64,000 nucleotides of DNA from a bacterium (GTDB taxonomy: Bacteria > UBA8248). Positions 39,060-49,498 of the stretch are shown piece by piece. The position numbers were made by a program, and so were the translations under genes. Position 1 is the stretch's first letter; every line of letters starts with the position of its first letter. The stretch covers positions 1,408,001-1,472,000 of the forward strand of contig CBDATS010000004.1 in the NCBI GenBank assembly GCA_965200245.1, in the 5' to 3' direction. The notes beneath the pieces are model-generated. The model worked only from the letters and a program-made list of their open reading frames with translations. It ran no database searches and had not been told where the DNA came from.

Positions 39060-41191
39060 TCCCTCCATATACTCGAACAGGTACTGAGTCTGCCAGTCGT
39101 AGCGAACCATGCGGTTATAGCGTTCGATGGAGACGTTGCGCTGCGGCTTGCCTAGCGGGATGGAATCGATTCCTTTTGCCCTTCCGCCTAGGACGTCAGA
39201 GTGGTACGGGTGTATATTCTGGGTCGTTGTCACAGCGTACGCCTAGGACTTGTTACACCACTCAATGACCTGTTGAAGTGCGTGTATAACGCGCCGGACA
39301 GGCAGGGAGTCATTCTTTTCAATACCCCGCTTTTTGTAGTCGTCGATCACGTTGAAGAACCAGCAGGACCGACCATCCACTAGGCTGCCTTACATGAAGT
39401 CCATTGACCAAGTTTCTGGAGAGATTCCGACACCGTCCATGGTTCTGTCCTCTCGTGCACTAGGCGCCTGTTCGGTTAGGTTCCATTTTGGTTCATGATA
39501 GATACGATACACGAACTTATGATTCCACACGTCCCCTTTTCATGTTGCGCAGATACAGAAAACACAGACCAACTCGTCCCCGTTGGGCGGATGGTGTGTC
39601 AGGCGGAATAGCCTGTCTGCTATCTTCTCTTTTCTTCGGACAGCTTCGACTGATATTGACAGCATATATTACTGATGCCAAAGGCCTCGCAGATCAAGTG
39701 GATGCTCCGTCCTTACCAGCTACAAGTTTCCTGACTATCTCGCGACAGGAAGATGGACTTATCACTTGCCCGCATGGTTCTCCTAACCTGAAGTTCCCCG
39801 ATGATTTTGTGTTGATTTTGGGTTCAGGCGATTGATTTCATGGGGAATATTGTGGGTGGAAACAGAAATACTGTTCCCATGTACATCGAAACCGTCCTCA
39901 ACCGGAATTCACCGCCTGCCATCCTGCTGCGCGAAGGATGGCGTGAGGGCGGGAAAGTCAGGGAACGCACGCTGGCCAACCTCTCGAAATGGCCCAAAAG
40001 CAAAATCGACACCCTGCGCCGTCTGCTGCGGAACGAACCCCTTGGCCGGTCGCGACGATGCCTTCGAAATCGTGTGTTCCCGACCCCACGGCCATATCGC
40101 CGCAGTGCCCGGCACACTGCGGAAGCCGGGTCTGAAAGCGGATCGAACGGAGCCTGGCCCGGCGGCATCCCGAAGAAGGCGCCCTGGTGCCCTGCGACCT
40201 GACCCCGATCTGCGTGGAAGGACACCACTGCCCGCTGGCGAAGCGCAGGTATTCGCGCGATGGCAGGAAGGGCAGGCTGCCGAATCCGGGTTGCCGTGCG
40301 ACCGGGACGGCTGCCCCGTGGCGCTGTCCCTGTTCGACGGGAAGGACCTCGTGGAGGTCCACAGCGACGCGTACCCCGGCGAACGGCTGATGGTCTGCCG
40401 CAATCCGCTGCTGGCCGGGGAGCGTGCGCGCAGGCGGGAGACCCTGCCGGAAGCTACGGAGAAACTGCCGGAACCCATCGCTGCGGCGACGCGGCGGGAG
40501 AAGCGGCGCCTGAGGGGAAAGACAGGATCGGCGCGCGGGTGGGCAGGGTCATCGGCAGGTACAGGGTGGCCAGACACTTCGCGTGGCGGGTCGACGCCGG
40601 GGGCCGGTTCCACTACCGGCGCAGACGCACCGACGGGGGCTGGCCTGTGCACAGCTTCCGCACCCTGCTCGCCGACCCTGCCACCATCACCCGCAACCGG
40701 GTCATGTCTCGCATGGCCGGAACCGAACCGTTCGAGGTCCTCACCCGGCCTGCCGGCCTGCAGGACGAAGCCTTCCGTCTGCCCGGCGTGTCGTTGTAAT
40801 CCTGTCCCCGGTAACGAACTCCTGATTCACCGAAACAATCAGTATAATCAATGGGATAATCCGTGATAGCCGGGGAGCTTCAGACTAGTGGACCTTTGAT
40901 TTCAGCCGCTCCTCGGCGCACATTTTTTCAGGTGAGGATTTTCCTCTTCGAATTCTTTTTCTGGCGGCCATCATCAAGGCACCTGTGTCGCCAAACTTCG
41001 CTTGCCACCTCTAGAAGGGTACGCTGCGCATGCCATGCACCATCGTTCGGGGACCGGCGTGCTGGCCTCCGTCTGTTTTATAATGCCAATGACTCGGTGG
41101 CCGGAGTAAACGGACTTCTTCATGTGGAACCATCTTGCAACACACCATGAGAAAATTCTATTTCTGAATACCATTGTTTCCGGGGAGATTA
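39060..41191 (-). mobile_element. Decayed IS3-family element (orfA+orfB), interrupted by an IS1634 derivative
   Basis: orfA MKKS..S...IIKQTEA.TPVPE (41123). orfB GLCFLYLRN, WNHK.VYRIY, WSMDF, NVIDD, CDN.PEY and GKPQ.N..IERYNR..RYDW. Left end TAATCTCCCC...TAGAATTTTCTCA. Confidence 0.8.
39786..40885 (+). mobile_element. Internally deleted IS1634-family element
   Basis: MYIETV.NRNSPPAILLREGWREGGKV..RTLANLS, YPGERLMVCRNP and VHSFRTLLAD. Terminal IRs ACCTGAAGTTCCCCG / CGGGGAGCTTCAGAC are flanked by TA. Confidence 0.82.
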
Positions 41192-41192
41192 T

Positions 41193-41290
41193 CTCCCCCC
41201 GCCGAAACGAGGGGAGATCTCTTCTATGTTCGTCCCGTAACCTATGGTCAGGTGTTTCAATCCGCTCCCCCCGCCGAAACGAGGGGAGGT
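41193..41290 (-). CRISPR. Truncated CRISPR array: one full ~37-nt repeat, one ~35-nt spacer, one partial repeat
   Basis: Repeat ACCTCCCCTCGTTTCGGCGGGGGGAGCGGATTGAAAC (41290-41254), spacer 41253-41219, partial repeat 41218-41193. Boundaries are +/-1. Confidence 0.85.
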
Positions 41291-41470
41291 GCTAGTTACT
41301 CTAACCAGCATAATATCAGAGAATTATACCGTTGGATGCGCGAATCGGGCAATTGAGAGCAAATCAGATGTGATTCGTAAATCCATGGAACATTGAACCT
41401 GTTATTATTCATAAGTTTTTGAGTAGCGCGAAAATGCCGAGAAGAGTTAGTCACTCTACGTTCGCGCCAT
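41291..41470 (-). promoter_or_regulatory. CRISPR leader
   Basis: AT-rich 180 bp between the cas2 stop and the first repeat, with GCGAAC/TTCGCG motifs like those in I-C leaders. Confidence 0.65.
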
Positions 41471-41761
41471 TTATAGAATCAATGGTGCAGTCAAGTCGAC
41501 AGGTTTAGTGCTACCGTGATGATCTATCTTCCCTTTGGCGTCTTCATCTAGATGATAGAACCTGAGTGAATCTTGTTTGGGGTCGATTTCTTTCAGTAGG
41601 CGATTTTTGAGAATCGCCCATTCTGCTTTACCGACATTGCATTCAAAAAGTGACTTTTGTATCCGGACGCCGTAGTCCTCGCATGCTCTCGCCACGCGGC
41701 GCAACCGTTTCTGTCCGGTATTGTCGGTGGTGGAAACATCGTATGCAATCAAAATGAACAT
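41471..41761 (-). CDS. cas2: CRISPR-associated Cas2
   Basis: LIAYDV, G.KRLRRVA..C.DYG.R.Q.S.FEC and DSLRFY. Confidence 0.95.
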   Translation of the reverse strand: MFILIAYDVSTTDNTGQKRLRRVARACEDYGVRIQKSLFECNVGKAEWAILKNRLLKEIDPKQDSLRFYHLDEDAKGKIDHHGSTKPVDLTAPLIL

Positions 41762-41765
41762 TTCT

Positions 41766-42830
41766 TCACTTGGGAATAAACGGGATGTAGTCGGGGATAT
41801 CTCCGCGCAGTTTCCGGGCCAACAACTTGGCCTGAATGCTGAACACCTGACCCAACCGGACGTTTTGTTTGAATAAGGCGTGCTTTACTTCTGTTTGCTT
41901 GCGTTTTTGCCAAGCTTGGATGACTTCTTTCCTTCCCCGGTCGGTTAATTCCACTGTGCCACCATCTCGTTCTCGAAAATGTCTCGGCTCTATTTGGCAA
42001 CGGTTGACGAGGGTCAACGCCAATCGCTCCGCTAAACAAGGCCGAAATTCCTCCATAAGATCTAGGGCGCAGGCGGGTCTCCCCGCCCGCGTCGCGTGAA
42101 GCCAACCCACATAGGCGTCCAATCCTGTCGTCGTGAGCGTAGCCAGACAATCGTGACGAACAAGGGCATATATGAAGGATAGCAAGCAGTTCATCCGATC
42201 CCTAGGTGGACGACGGGTGCGGGTATTGAAGTCGAATTCCTCGCGTTGTCGTTTGAGTAAATATCGGAAAACAGAGAAATATGTTTTCGCTCCCAACCCT
42301 TCGATTCCCCGGATGGGGTCGAGCGCCTCCCGGAGCCCACAACCTTCAGATATAAATCGGTCTTGACCGAGACGGTGGATGAGTCGAGCGAGTTCAGCCG
42401 ACGCGACCGCGAGCTTTTCTCGAGCAGAGGTACACTCGGTTTCCCGACCAGATCGCATGAGGTTCGAACGTGCGTTTTGCAGCTTTCCAGCGACGAATTG
42501 ACGGGCGATGCTTGCTGCTTCGCTTGGGTTGTCAGCCGTGGCGTATTGCGCCCGGCGCAGCAGGTAACGGGTGTCACCACTTCCCAGGACTTGTGCCAGG
42601 AGATAACCGCTTTCCGTATGGTAATGGATTGCCACCTGATGCTCCCAGCACAATGCCATGGCTGGAGGTGTAACTACGATCCGCCCAAACGCACAGATGC
42701 TTTCCAGATGGTGAATCGGCACGCTCAGGCGAATTTCTTTTTCGATTTCGATCCGAAGTGTTAAATGATCCTTGGTGACTACAGTGCCCGGCGTCGTCAG
42801 ATAGAGCGTGTTCTGGTTTATAGCCATCAA
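41766..42830 (-). CDS. cas1: CRISPR-associated Cas1 (type I-C)
   Basis: NTLYLTTPG, LRRAQY, RGIEG, R.RRPP.D..N.LLSF.Y and ALDLMEEFR. Confidence 0.95.
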   Translation of the reverse strand: MMAINQNTLYLTTPGTVVTKDHLTLRIEIEKEIRLSVPIHHLESICAFGRIVVTPPAMALCWEHQVAIHYHTESGYLLAQVLGSGDTRYLLRRAQYATADNPSEAASIARQFVAGKLQNARSNLMRSGRETECTSAREKLAVASAELARLIHRLGQDRFISEGCGLREALDPIRGIEGLGAKTYFSVFRYLLKRQREEFDFNTRTRRPPRDRMNCLLSFIYALVRHDCLATLTTTGLDAYVGWLHATRAGRPACALDLMEEFRPCLAERLALTLVNRCQIEPRHFRERDGGTVELTDRGRKEVIQAWQKRKQTEVKHALFKQNVRLGQVFSIQAKLLARKLRGDIPDYIPFIPK

Positions 42831-42837
42831 GTCATCT

Positions 42838-43497
42838 CTAGTCGGTTGTTGTGAATATGTCCCGGCTGATTTGCATCAGCCAAGGTGGGGAACTGGTGAT
42901 TTCGGGTATGCAATTTTCAAAAAGCGAACATTCCGAACACTGAGGTTTGTAGACAGATTGTGGGACGGTTTCCTCTTCGATCATTCGGCGCAAGGCTTTG
43001 ATCGTCTCTATAGTGAAACGGCGCAATCCCTCTGTGAATTCAACTTCTCGGCGACGCTTACTCCCGGCGTGGAAGATTACTCCCCAAGGAACGTCTTGCT
43101 CGAACATCTCTTCGAGGCAGAGGGCTTGGGCGCAAAGTTGGGCGTCGTCATTCTCGAATTTGCGGCGTTTGCCCTTCTTGTATTCAACCGGAACCAACGA
43201 TTTGTCAGGATGGCGTTCAACGACATCGCACTTGCCGCTCAGCCCGAGCCGATCCGACCAGACAGGCAGAGCACGTAGCATGGTAACACCCCTTACGGTT
43301 TCGTAGCCGGGAATATCTGCCCCCTCATGCAACTGGCTTCCGATCACGGTATGCTCATTATGGGTGAACATACCTTCAATGTGAATAAGCCCTGCCCGGC
43401 GGGGACAATATATGTACTGGTTGATAGCCGAGAGAGGAATGATGAGTGTTTCGCTATCGAATAATCGAATTGGCAGAGACCCCGTTGTGTCACTCAT
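42838..43497 (-). CDS. cas4: CRISPR-associated Cas4
   Basis: YCPRR, G..DVVE, PVEYKKG, QLCAQA.CLEEM and C..CSL...C.P. Confidence 0.95.
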   Translation of the reverse strand: MSDTTGSLPIRLFDSETLIIPLSAINQYIYCPRRAGLIHIEGMFTHNEHTVIGSQLHEGADIPGYETVRGVTMLRALPVWSDRLGLSGKCDVVERHPDKSLVPVEYKKGKRRKFENDDAQLCAQALCLEEMFEQDVPWGVIFHAGSKRRREVEFTEGLRRFTIETIKALRRMIEEETVPQSVYKPQCSECSLFENCIPEITSSPPWLMQISRDIFTTTD

Positions 43498-44443
43498 GAA
43501 GTTTGTGCATGCGTACGCCGAGCGGCAGATCTTTGTTATCCCACTCGCAGTGAATTTCATAATCAGCGAAGGACTCAGGAAATTCCACATCGTTTTTCAA
43601 TTGCACCTTGATTCCCTCGAATAGCTTATGGGCATGAGCGCAGCCGAGACGAGCTTCACGCCTGTTTTGTTCGGCGTTGTTCTCGTGCTGTGTGCCTACA
43701 TGTTCGAAGTCGAAAATGCCGCGCACCACCATTTCACCGCGGGCGGCTGAACGGTCGTGTTCGAACATGTGATTACACGCACTGAAGAAGACTTCGAGAT
43801 CGGTGTTGGTGAAGTTGGTGCGCGCAGCGAATGCGGGAGAAACGTAAATCTTGGCCCCGTAAAGGGCATAGGGCACGATGTGTTTGTTCCCCATGGTACG
43901 TTCCTTCTCGATATCCTCTTCTTTGGTGACAGCCCCTCGGGTAATGGAAATCTCCAGTGGCGTGATCGGGTGATACGACTGACCGAAGGTGAATTGCACT
44001 GGGCCGCGTACCTGTCCCCAAGCGGATCCTTTCATGATGTCGTTACCCGTGGAGAGTACCCCTCCAAAGGCACGGATATCAAAAAACTCGCAGCACAGCC
44101 ATTTCATAGCTGCTTCTTGCTTCTGGGCTTTTGAGGCGTCCGAGGGCAAACTTTCGCCGCTTTTTGCAATGCCATTGTTGATCTCAATATTGAGTACGGC
44201 CCCCTGTCTAATGAACAAGTTGTAACCATTACTATCGATGCTGGAGCGTTTAGGCGGGAACGCCTCTACAAAGTTGCGCACCTTGCGTTTGAGGCACACG
44301 TCGGAGACGATGCCACGATTGGTGTTGGGATCAATTCGCGGCATGTTCCCGGCATCGGGGTCGCCATTGGGATTGCCGTTAGTAACTTCAAAGAGTAGCA
44401 AAACATCGTGCCGATTGTTGAGAACATCGTTTGTTTGGGTCAT
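43490..44443 (-). CDS. cas7: Cas7/Csd2 (type I-C)
   Basis: NGNPNGDPDAGNMPR, DVCLKRKVRN, FDIRAFG, VRGPVQ, TMG.K and DRSAARG. Confidence 0.95.
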   Translation of the reverse strand: MTQTNDVLNNRHDVLLLFEVTNGNPNGDPDAGNMPRIDPNTNRGIVSDVCLKRKVRNFVEAFPPKRSSIDSNGYNLFIRQGAVLNIEINNGIAKSGESLPSDASKAQKQEAAMKWLCCEFFDIRAFGGVLSTGNDIMKGSAWGQVRGPVQFTFGQSYHPITPLEISITRGAVTKEEDIEKERTMGNKHIVPYALYGAKIYVSPAFAARTNFTNTDLEVFFSACNHMFEHDRSAARGEMVVRGIFDFEHVGTQHENNAEQNRREARLGCAHAHKLFEGIKVQLKNDVEFPESFADYEIHCEWDNKDLPLGVRMHKLHE

Positions 44444-44484
44444 GATTTGATCTCCGACTGGAAGTTGTTGGTTGTTTCCCTTTT

Positions 44485-46313
44485 TTATTTGGCCGCCTCA
44501 CGAGCGATGCGGTCAGCAGCTTTTTGCTGGTAAAAGCCGATAGCAAACCGCCCTTGGGCATGCAAGTCCAGTGCACGGGGGAACTGGTGGATTTTTGTCA
44601 ACACGTCTTGAATCGCCTCGTCTAAGAAGCGGTCATGTCCCTTGTATTTTTCGGACTTGCGGATATTGTTGAGATGGTGGCGGTTGAGTTTGATAAGGAT
44701 AGGGAACACCGACGCTGGTGAGGCCATGGCAGTACCGAAGTAGCGCTCGGTGACTCCAGATCCTTGCAATTTGTAGTCATGAGCCTTGGCTTGAGCCTCG
44801 GCGAACACGGCAAGCAACCGCCCACATTGATAGGCCTCATTTTCTGAGTCGGTGGCTAGTTGTTCGGTAATTTTCATGATGTCGTCCCTTTTGTTTCGGT
44901 TAAGAATGAGCTTTGTCAAGGCGAATCGAGAATGGTTCAATAAAGCTGCGCCTCCATCATGCGCCATATCGACGCGTAAGCGGTACAGCATAGGGCGCAA
45001 AAGGGTAAGAGAGGGAGCAGTTCCTTCCAATGCGGCGCGGAACAATTGAGTGGTTATTTCTGCTTGTAAGTCCTTTGCTTCACGCACCGTAGAACAGGCG
45101 AGTCGAAACATAGCCAATGGCGCCATTTTTTCCTTGCCGGTGGGTAGCCGTGCTGGTTCCAGATCGAGGTCACGGAACCAGTGACAGAAGTTTTCCGTGG
45201 CGATTTTCAGAGTCGTCTGCATCCAGTGGCGAACAACAATCCGCCCACCGTTACCTGCAAGGGTGACGGCATGGAATTGTTCCTGTCCCAGGGCCTCACG
45301 TTCTTGGCCCGCCCATGGGGATTTCAGAAAATCCGCTACTGCCTTGGGATCGGCTTGGTTGAGTAAAGCTCCCCAAGTGTTGGTAGTATGTGTTTCACCC
45401 CGTGTCCAGAAACAGCATGATGCCTGACCTAGACGGATGGAATGATCCTCTCGGCGGAGCATTGCATTGAGTGCAGTACAATATGCGGTAGCTGCGTAAA
45501 TTGAAGTGACAGCATTGAGACTTTGCTTAAAACCGTAGGAAGTGAAGGCGTCCTTATCAAAGGATACGACCGTCGCACCAGAGGGTTGGGTATGCCTTGC
45601 ACCTTCGGGTTGTGGGTCAGCGCAATGGGTTGTTCCTTCTCGCCGGTGACTAAGCAGAGTCCACGGGGCGCATCCTTCTCGCGGGATTCATTTTCCTTGG
45701 CGAATTCATATCTCCAGAAAGATTGTATGTCTCCTTCATCTTCTATTAGAAGTAATTCCCCAACACGGAATGTAAAGTTGTCTGAGTTGTTTAATCCCAG
45801 CTTAACTTTCTCTCCATCGGCTTTGGTGATCCACCATGCAGATTTCTCATTAGACTTGGCATTGGAACCAACGCCTCAGCGCAAAAAGGCAGGCACCTTA
45901 CCGGGTTCGGGCTTGAATGCTAACAAACTCTTGAGCGCCGGGCTGAGAGTTTTTTCATAAGCCCTTTCAATCTGTGCCCAAAAATCAGCAAATTTGCAAC
46001 GGTTGTTTTCACTCCGCACCTTCCGCTTTTTCTCAGACATGGGTTGTTCTGGGTTTGTGTCCAGCCCGAATACGGCTGTAATGCCGTCAGCTAGGAACTC
46101 GGCTACTCCGCCAGCTCCTTTGGAACGGGTTGTCTTTGGACAGTCGAATTCCTTGCCACGGTTTCCTTCTCCTACGGTTTCCACCGGTCCTTGCCCAACG
46201 AGGTTCCCAGAGTCATCCAAGGTGATGATCCATCGTACGGCCTTGGTTTTGAAAGACAAGTTGTCGAGGAGTTTTCGGGAAGTCGCAAAGTCGTTCAGGC
46301 ACTGCAACAACAT
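44485..46313 (-). pseudogene. cas8c: Cas8c/Csd1 with in-frame TGA (45876-45878) and frameshift (~45585)
   Basis: Frame continues after the TGA to CLVTGE. After a frameshift it reads SGATVVSFDKDAFTSYG...Y.CGRLLA...FAIGFYQQ. Confidence 0.88.
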
Positions 46314-46315
46314 GG

Positions 46316-47119
46316 TCAGATCCCCCGTGGTTCGAGAATTTCAATCCTATCGGGATGACAAGACAGGATCGAATTCTCAATTTTAGCGCGGAAGAAACAG
46401 GAACTAGGTTGGACCTTTTCACCGACAAAGCGCGGGGTGTTCTCCTTAGACTTAAGTGCTAATTCATCGGGACGCTTCCAGCGAAAACCTTGGCTACGGG
46501 ACATGGGCGAAAAAACGTCGTAAAGCATTAAGCCCAAGTCTTCTTCAGGCTGCCGCCAGTCAGTGTCCAACTCGGCGGTCCGCTCCTCCAAAGTGGCTTG
46601 AGGATTATTCACCCATTCAAAATCCGCTGCGAATTCACGCATCCCTAGTGAGGGTCGGTGGAAACACTTGCCCTGTTGGGCTCGGCGCTTGAATTCGGTG
46701 AGATACTTTATTGCAGGGTTTTTCATGCGATTCGCTAAAGGTGTGGTACGCAGTTCAGCACTAATCACATATTCCACCTGACGAAGCGCCAGCATGTTGC
46801 GCTGGGTGCCATTAGGCGCGCCGCCCCCGGCATCAATAGGCAAGAGCTTTTCAGGATTACCCATCCATTGACCGGCATCGGATATGCTGATGACGCGTTG
46901 CACTTCATTGCGTCGGATTGAGATCCAGAAACCGCGTCTCACTATCCGGATAGCAGCAACGTGGTAACAGATTTGCGGTTCCCAGAATACTGCTTCTAAA
47001 ATTCCGCGGGCAGCGGATGGTGTCATGACGGGATAGCTAACGCGTTCTACTTTCATTTCAGGACGAGTGAAACAGGCCCAATCGCCCCAAACTCTAAGAT
47101 GTACATAGTACTCTTTCAT
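46316..47119 (-). CDS. cas5: Cas5c/Cas5d
   Basis: WGDWACFTRPEMKVERVSY.VMTPSAARGILEA, RRNEV, LG.REF and DLG.ML.D. Confidence 0.95.
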   Translation of the reverse strand: MKEYYVHLRVWGDWACFTRPEMKVERVSYPVMTPSAARGILEAVFWEPQICYHVAAIRIVRRGFWISIRRNEVQRVISISDAGQWMGNPEKLLPIDAGGGAPNGTQRNMLALRQVEYVISAELRTTPLANRMKNPAIKYLTEFKRRAQQGKCFHRPSLGMREFAADFEWVNNPQATLEERTAELDTDWRQPEEDLGLMLYDVFSPMSRSQGFRWKRPDELALKSKENTPRFVGEKVQPSSCFFRAKIENSILSCHPDRIEILEPRGI

Positions 47120-49326
47120 AACAGGAAATCCTCTGTTGGATATTGGTCGATAACCACGCCGAGATGTTTATGATAAGCCGCCGCATCCAGTACGCGTAAT
47201 TCCATGCCGTGCAACAGAGGGTGAAGCAGACCCATTGCGTTTAGTTTCTGGAAATCGTGCGCATGTAAATTTACTATAAAGCGTTGCAGGATACGTAGAT
47301 CTTCGCGAACAAAGCGCAAGCCGCTCGTTTCGTTGCGCTCCCGGATCACGGCCACTTTTTCCATGGCTTTATCCCTTGGAGCAATCACGGGATAGACATC
47401 GTCCGAAATTACTTTTGCCTTGCGGGCTACGTCACGGAAACGCAAACACTCCCGGTCCTCTTGAACGGAGCGCTCCCGTTGGTGTTTATGATCTGTGGGC
47501 ACATTCTGAAATAATTCGCTAAAGTAACGATTGAACAAAGCCGGATCAGATAAATCATCCGTGGACAACTGTTCCATCAACTGCGCCGTAATTTGCGTGG
47601 CTACGCGATATACGCCGCCGGGCAGTTTAGCGTCGGCCGGTCGAAACACCACCACACGTCCTTTGCCCGGCAGAGATCCTTCCCGATTACACCTTCCCGC
47701 TGCCTGCACGATTGAGTCTAGCGGTCCCAATGCGCGGTAGACTAGTGGGAAATCAATATCTACCCCAGCTTCTATCGCCTGCGTGGCCACTAGCCAGCAA
47801 TGATCGTTATTCTTCAGACGTCGTTGTGCCTCTGCCAGAACTTCGGTCCGGTGGTCAGCGCACATGGCCGAAGAAAGATGTAGCACGCCTTCTTTTCTTT
47901 GTTCGCGCAACAGTTCCCACCATTCAGCTGCCTGTTTGCGCGTATTCACTACGCCTAAAACTTGGGGCTTGTTCGCCCATTCTTTGGTCAACACTACCCA
48001 ATTGTTCGGCTCAGATCGTACTTCATAAACTACCCGTCCCAATTTCCGGAACAATACCTCAGGTTGGGATACAATTTCTCGTACTTCATTTACGGTAAAA
48101 CCTTTGGGCAACGACTTGCTGCGGCCGAAGGCAGGCTGAGTAGCGGTGGAGAAAACAAAACTCGTGCGGTAGTGCTCTTTGAGGTCTCGCAACACGTGAA
48201 GGAGTGGATTGAGCAGGTGAGAAGGCAACGTCTGCACTTCATCAAGCAACACCACAGAATTTGCGACGTTGTGCAGCTTGCGGCACCTTGAGGGCCGATT
48301 CGAAAAGAGCGATTCGATGAATTGCACCGAAGTAGTAACGACAACCGGGCCATCCCAGTTTTCCGCGGCCAATTCTTCAGGAGTGGGGCCTCGTTCTTCC
48401 GCATCATTGTTTACTCCCACTGCAGAATGGTGCTCGATTACGATACCTTCGCTCTTGGGGTCTAATACTTTTCGATATTCGGCTGCATTCTGCTCAATGA
48501 TTGACAAGAAAGGTATCACTACGATGATTCGTTTCATTTTGTGCTGTTGTGCATGTTTTAGGGCAAAGGCCATGCCCGAAAGCGTTTTGCCGCCGCCCGT
48601 GGGCACGGTCAAAGAGAAGAATCCTCTCGGCTCCACCGCCTTCGCTAGGCAATCTTGAAACACGCCATTGCGTAACATGTTGAGTTCGCTTGACGAATCA
48701 AGTTTCCCTTTGTGTTCTTGCAACCGCCCCAACAATGTTGCGGAGTCTAGCCTAAGGGGTTGGCGTTCCCGATCGGTTTTGAATCTTTCCGTGTCCAGAA
48801 AATCCGCGTCCACCAAGCAGGAAAATAACATCCTCACGTAGAATTCAGTGATCGCGTTGTCTTTTCCTGGCTTCGCAAATTCCGGCTCATTCAATTCTTT
48901 GGGAATTTTTTCCAACTCCGATTCAAACAACCCTTCCAAATAGCTCAGTTGATTCGTTGGATTGTATTTCTCTCCGCAAATCAACGACCGCAATTCATCT
49001 TGATTATGTAATCCCGCATGGTGCCCTGCTATAGCAAAAGCAGGCCCAAGCCAATGTCTGTTAAATGCCAGAGCGGCACCGTAAACCGAATGATGCGTTT
49101 TAACCGATGCTGAGCGTTTACCTGCCAAATACTCTTGGAATGGAGTCCGATACTTACCTAAGTCATGGAGCTGGCCAGTTTGTTGCGCGGCGTCGGCGAG
49201 CGGTGGCTCGGCAAACTCCCGAGCTTTATCCCTTGCTTTTTGCAAATGCTCGGCGAGTGGGTGCCAGCATTGATGATTCGCTGAGTGATTTAGCTTTGTT
49301 TTGCTTGTATGAGCGAAATAATTCAT
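47116..49326 (-). CDS. cas3: Cas3 HD nuclease-helicase
   Basis: YFAH, LAEHL, HDLGK, GHH.GL, LVDAD, PTGGGKT, DEVQ, STAT and QAAGRCNREG. Confidence 0.95.
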   Translation of the reverse strand: MNYFAHTSKTKLNHSANHQCWHPLAEHLQKARDKAREFAEPPLADAAQQTGQLHDLGKYRTPFQEYLAGKRSASVKTHHSVYGAALAFNRHWLGPAFAIAGHHAGLHNQDELRSLICGEKYNPTNQLSYLEGLFESELEKIPKELNEPEFAKPGKDNAITEFYVRMLFSCLVDADFLDTERFKTDRERQPLRLDSATLLGRLQEHKGKLDSSSELNMLRNGVFQDCLAKAVEPRGFFSLTVPTGGGKTLSGMAFALKHAQQHKMKRIIVVIPFLSIIEQNAAEYRKVLDPKSEGIVIEHHSAVGVNNDAEERGPTPEELAAENWDGPVVVTTSVQFIESLFSNRPSRCRKLHNVANSVVLLDEVQTLPSHLLNPLLHVLRDLKEHYRTSFVFSTATQPAFGRSKSLPKGFTVNEVREIVSQPEVLFRKLGRVVYEVRSEPNNWVVLTKEWANKPQVLGVVNTRKQAAEWWELLREQRKEGVLHLSSAMCADHRTEVLAEAQRRLKNNDHCWLVATQAIEAGVDIDFPLVYRALGPLDSIVQAAGRCNREGSLPGKGRVVVFRPADAKLPGGVYRVATQITAQLMEQLSTDDLSDPALFNRYFSELFQNVPTDHKHQRERSVQEDRECLRFRDVARKAKVISDDVYPVIAPRDKAMEKVAVIRERNETSGLRFVREDLRILQRFIVNLHAHDFQKLNAMGLLHPLLHGMELRVLDAAAYHKHLGVVIDQYPTEDFLL

Positions 49327-49498
49327 TTTCGCCCTATGTAATTACGGGTTTCAATTCTTCTCTTCTGTTTAGTCGTCAAGCCCGTAACTTATATAATATT
49401 TATTTGCTAGTAATTTAAAATGCAATTCTACACCCCTAGTATAAAGCCGAGCATATCTACTTCGTATAAGTGGTTCATTGAGTTTATTGGTGCTACCG

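Noticed and set aside
41176-41191. GTTTCCGGGGAGAT as a collapsed third CRISPR repeat
   Set aside because: Better explained as the IS3 left inverted repeat preceding TAGAATTTTCTCA and orfA.
45876-45878. cas8c in-frame TGA as selenocysteine
   Set aside because: Context FLR*GVG fits Trp, there is no clear SECIS-like hairpin, and a separate frameshift downstream shows decay.
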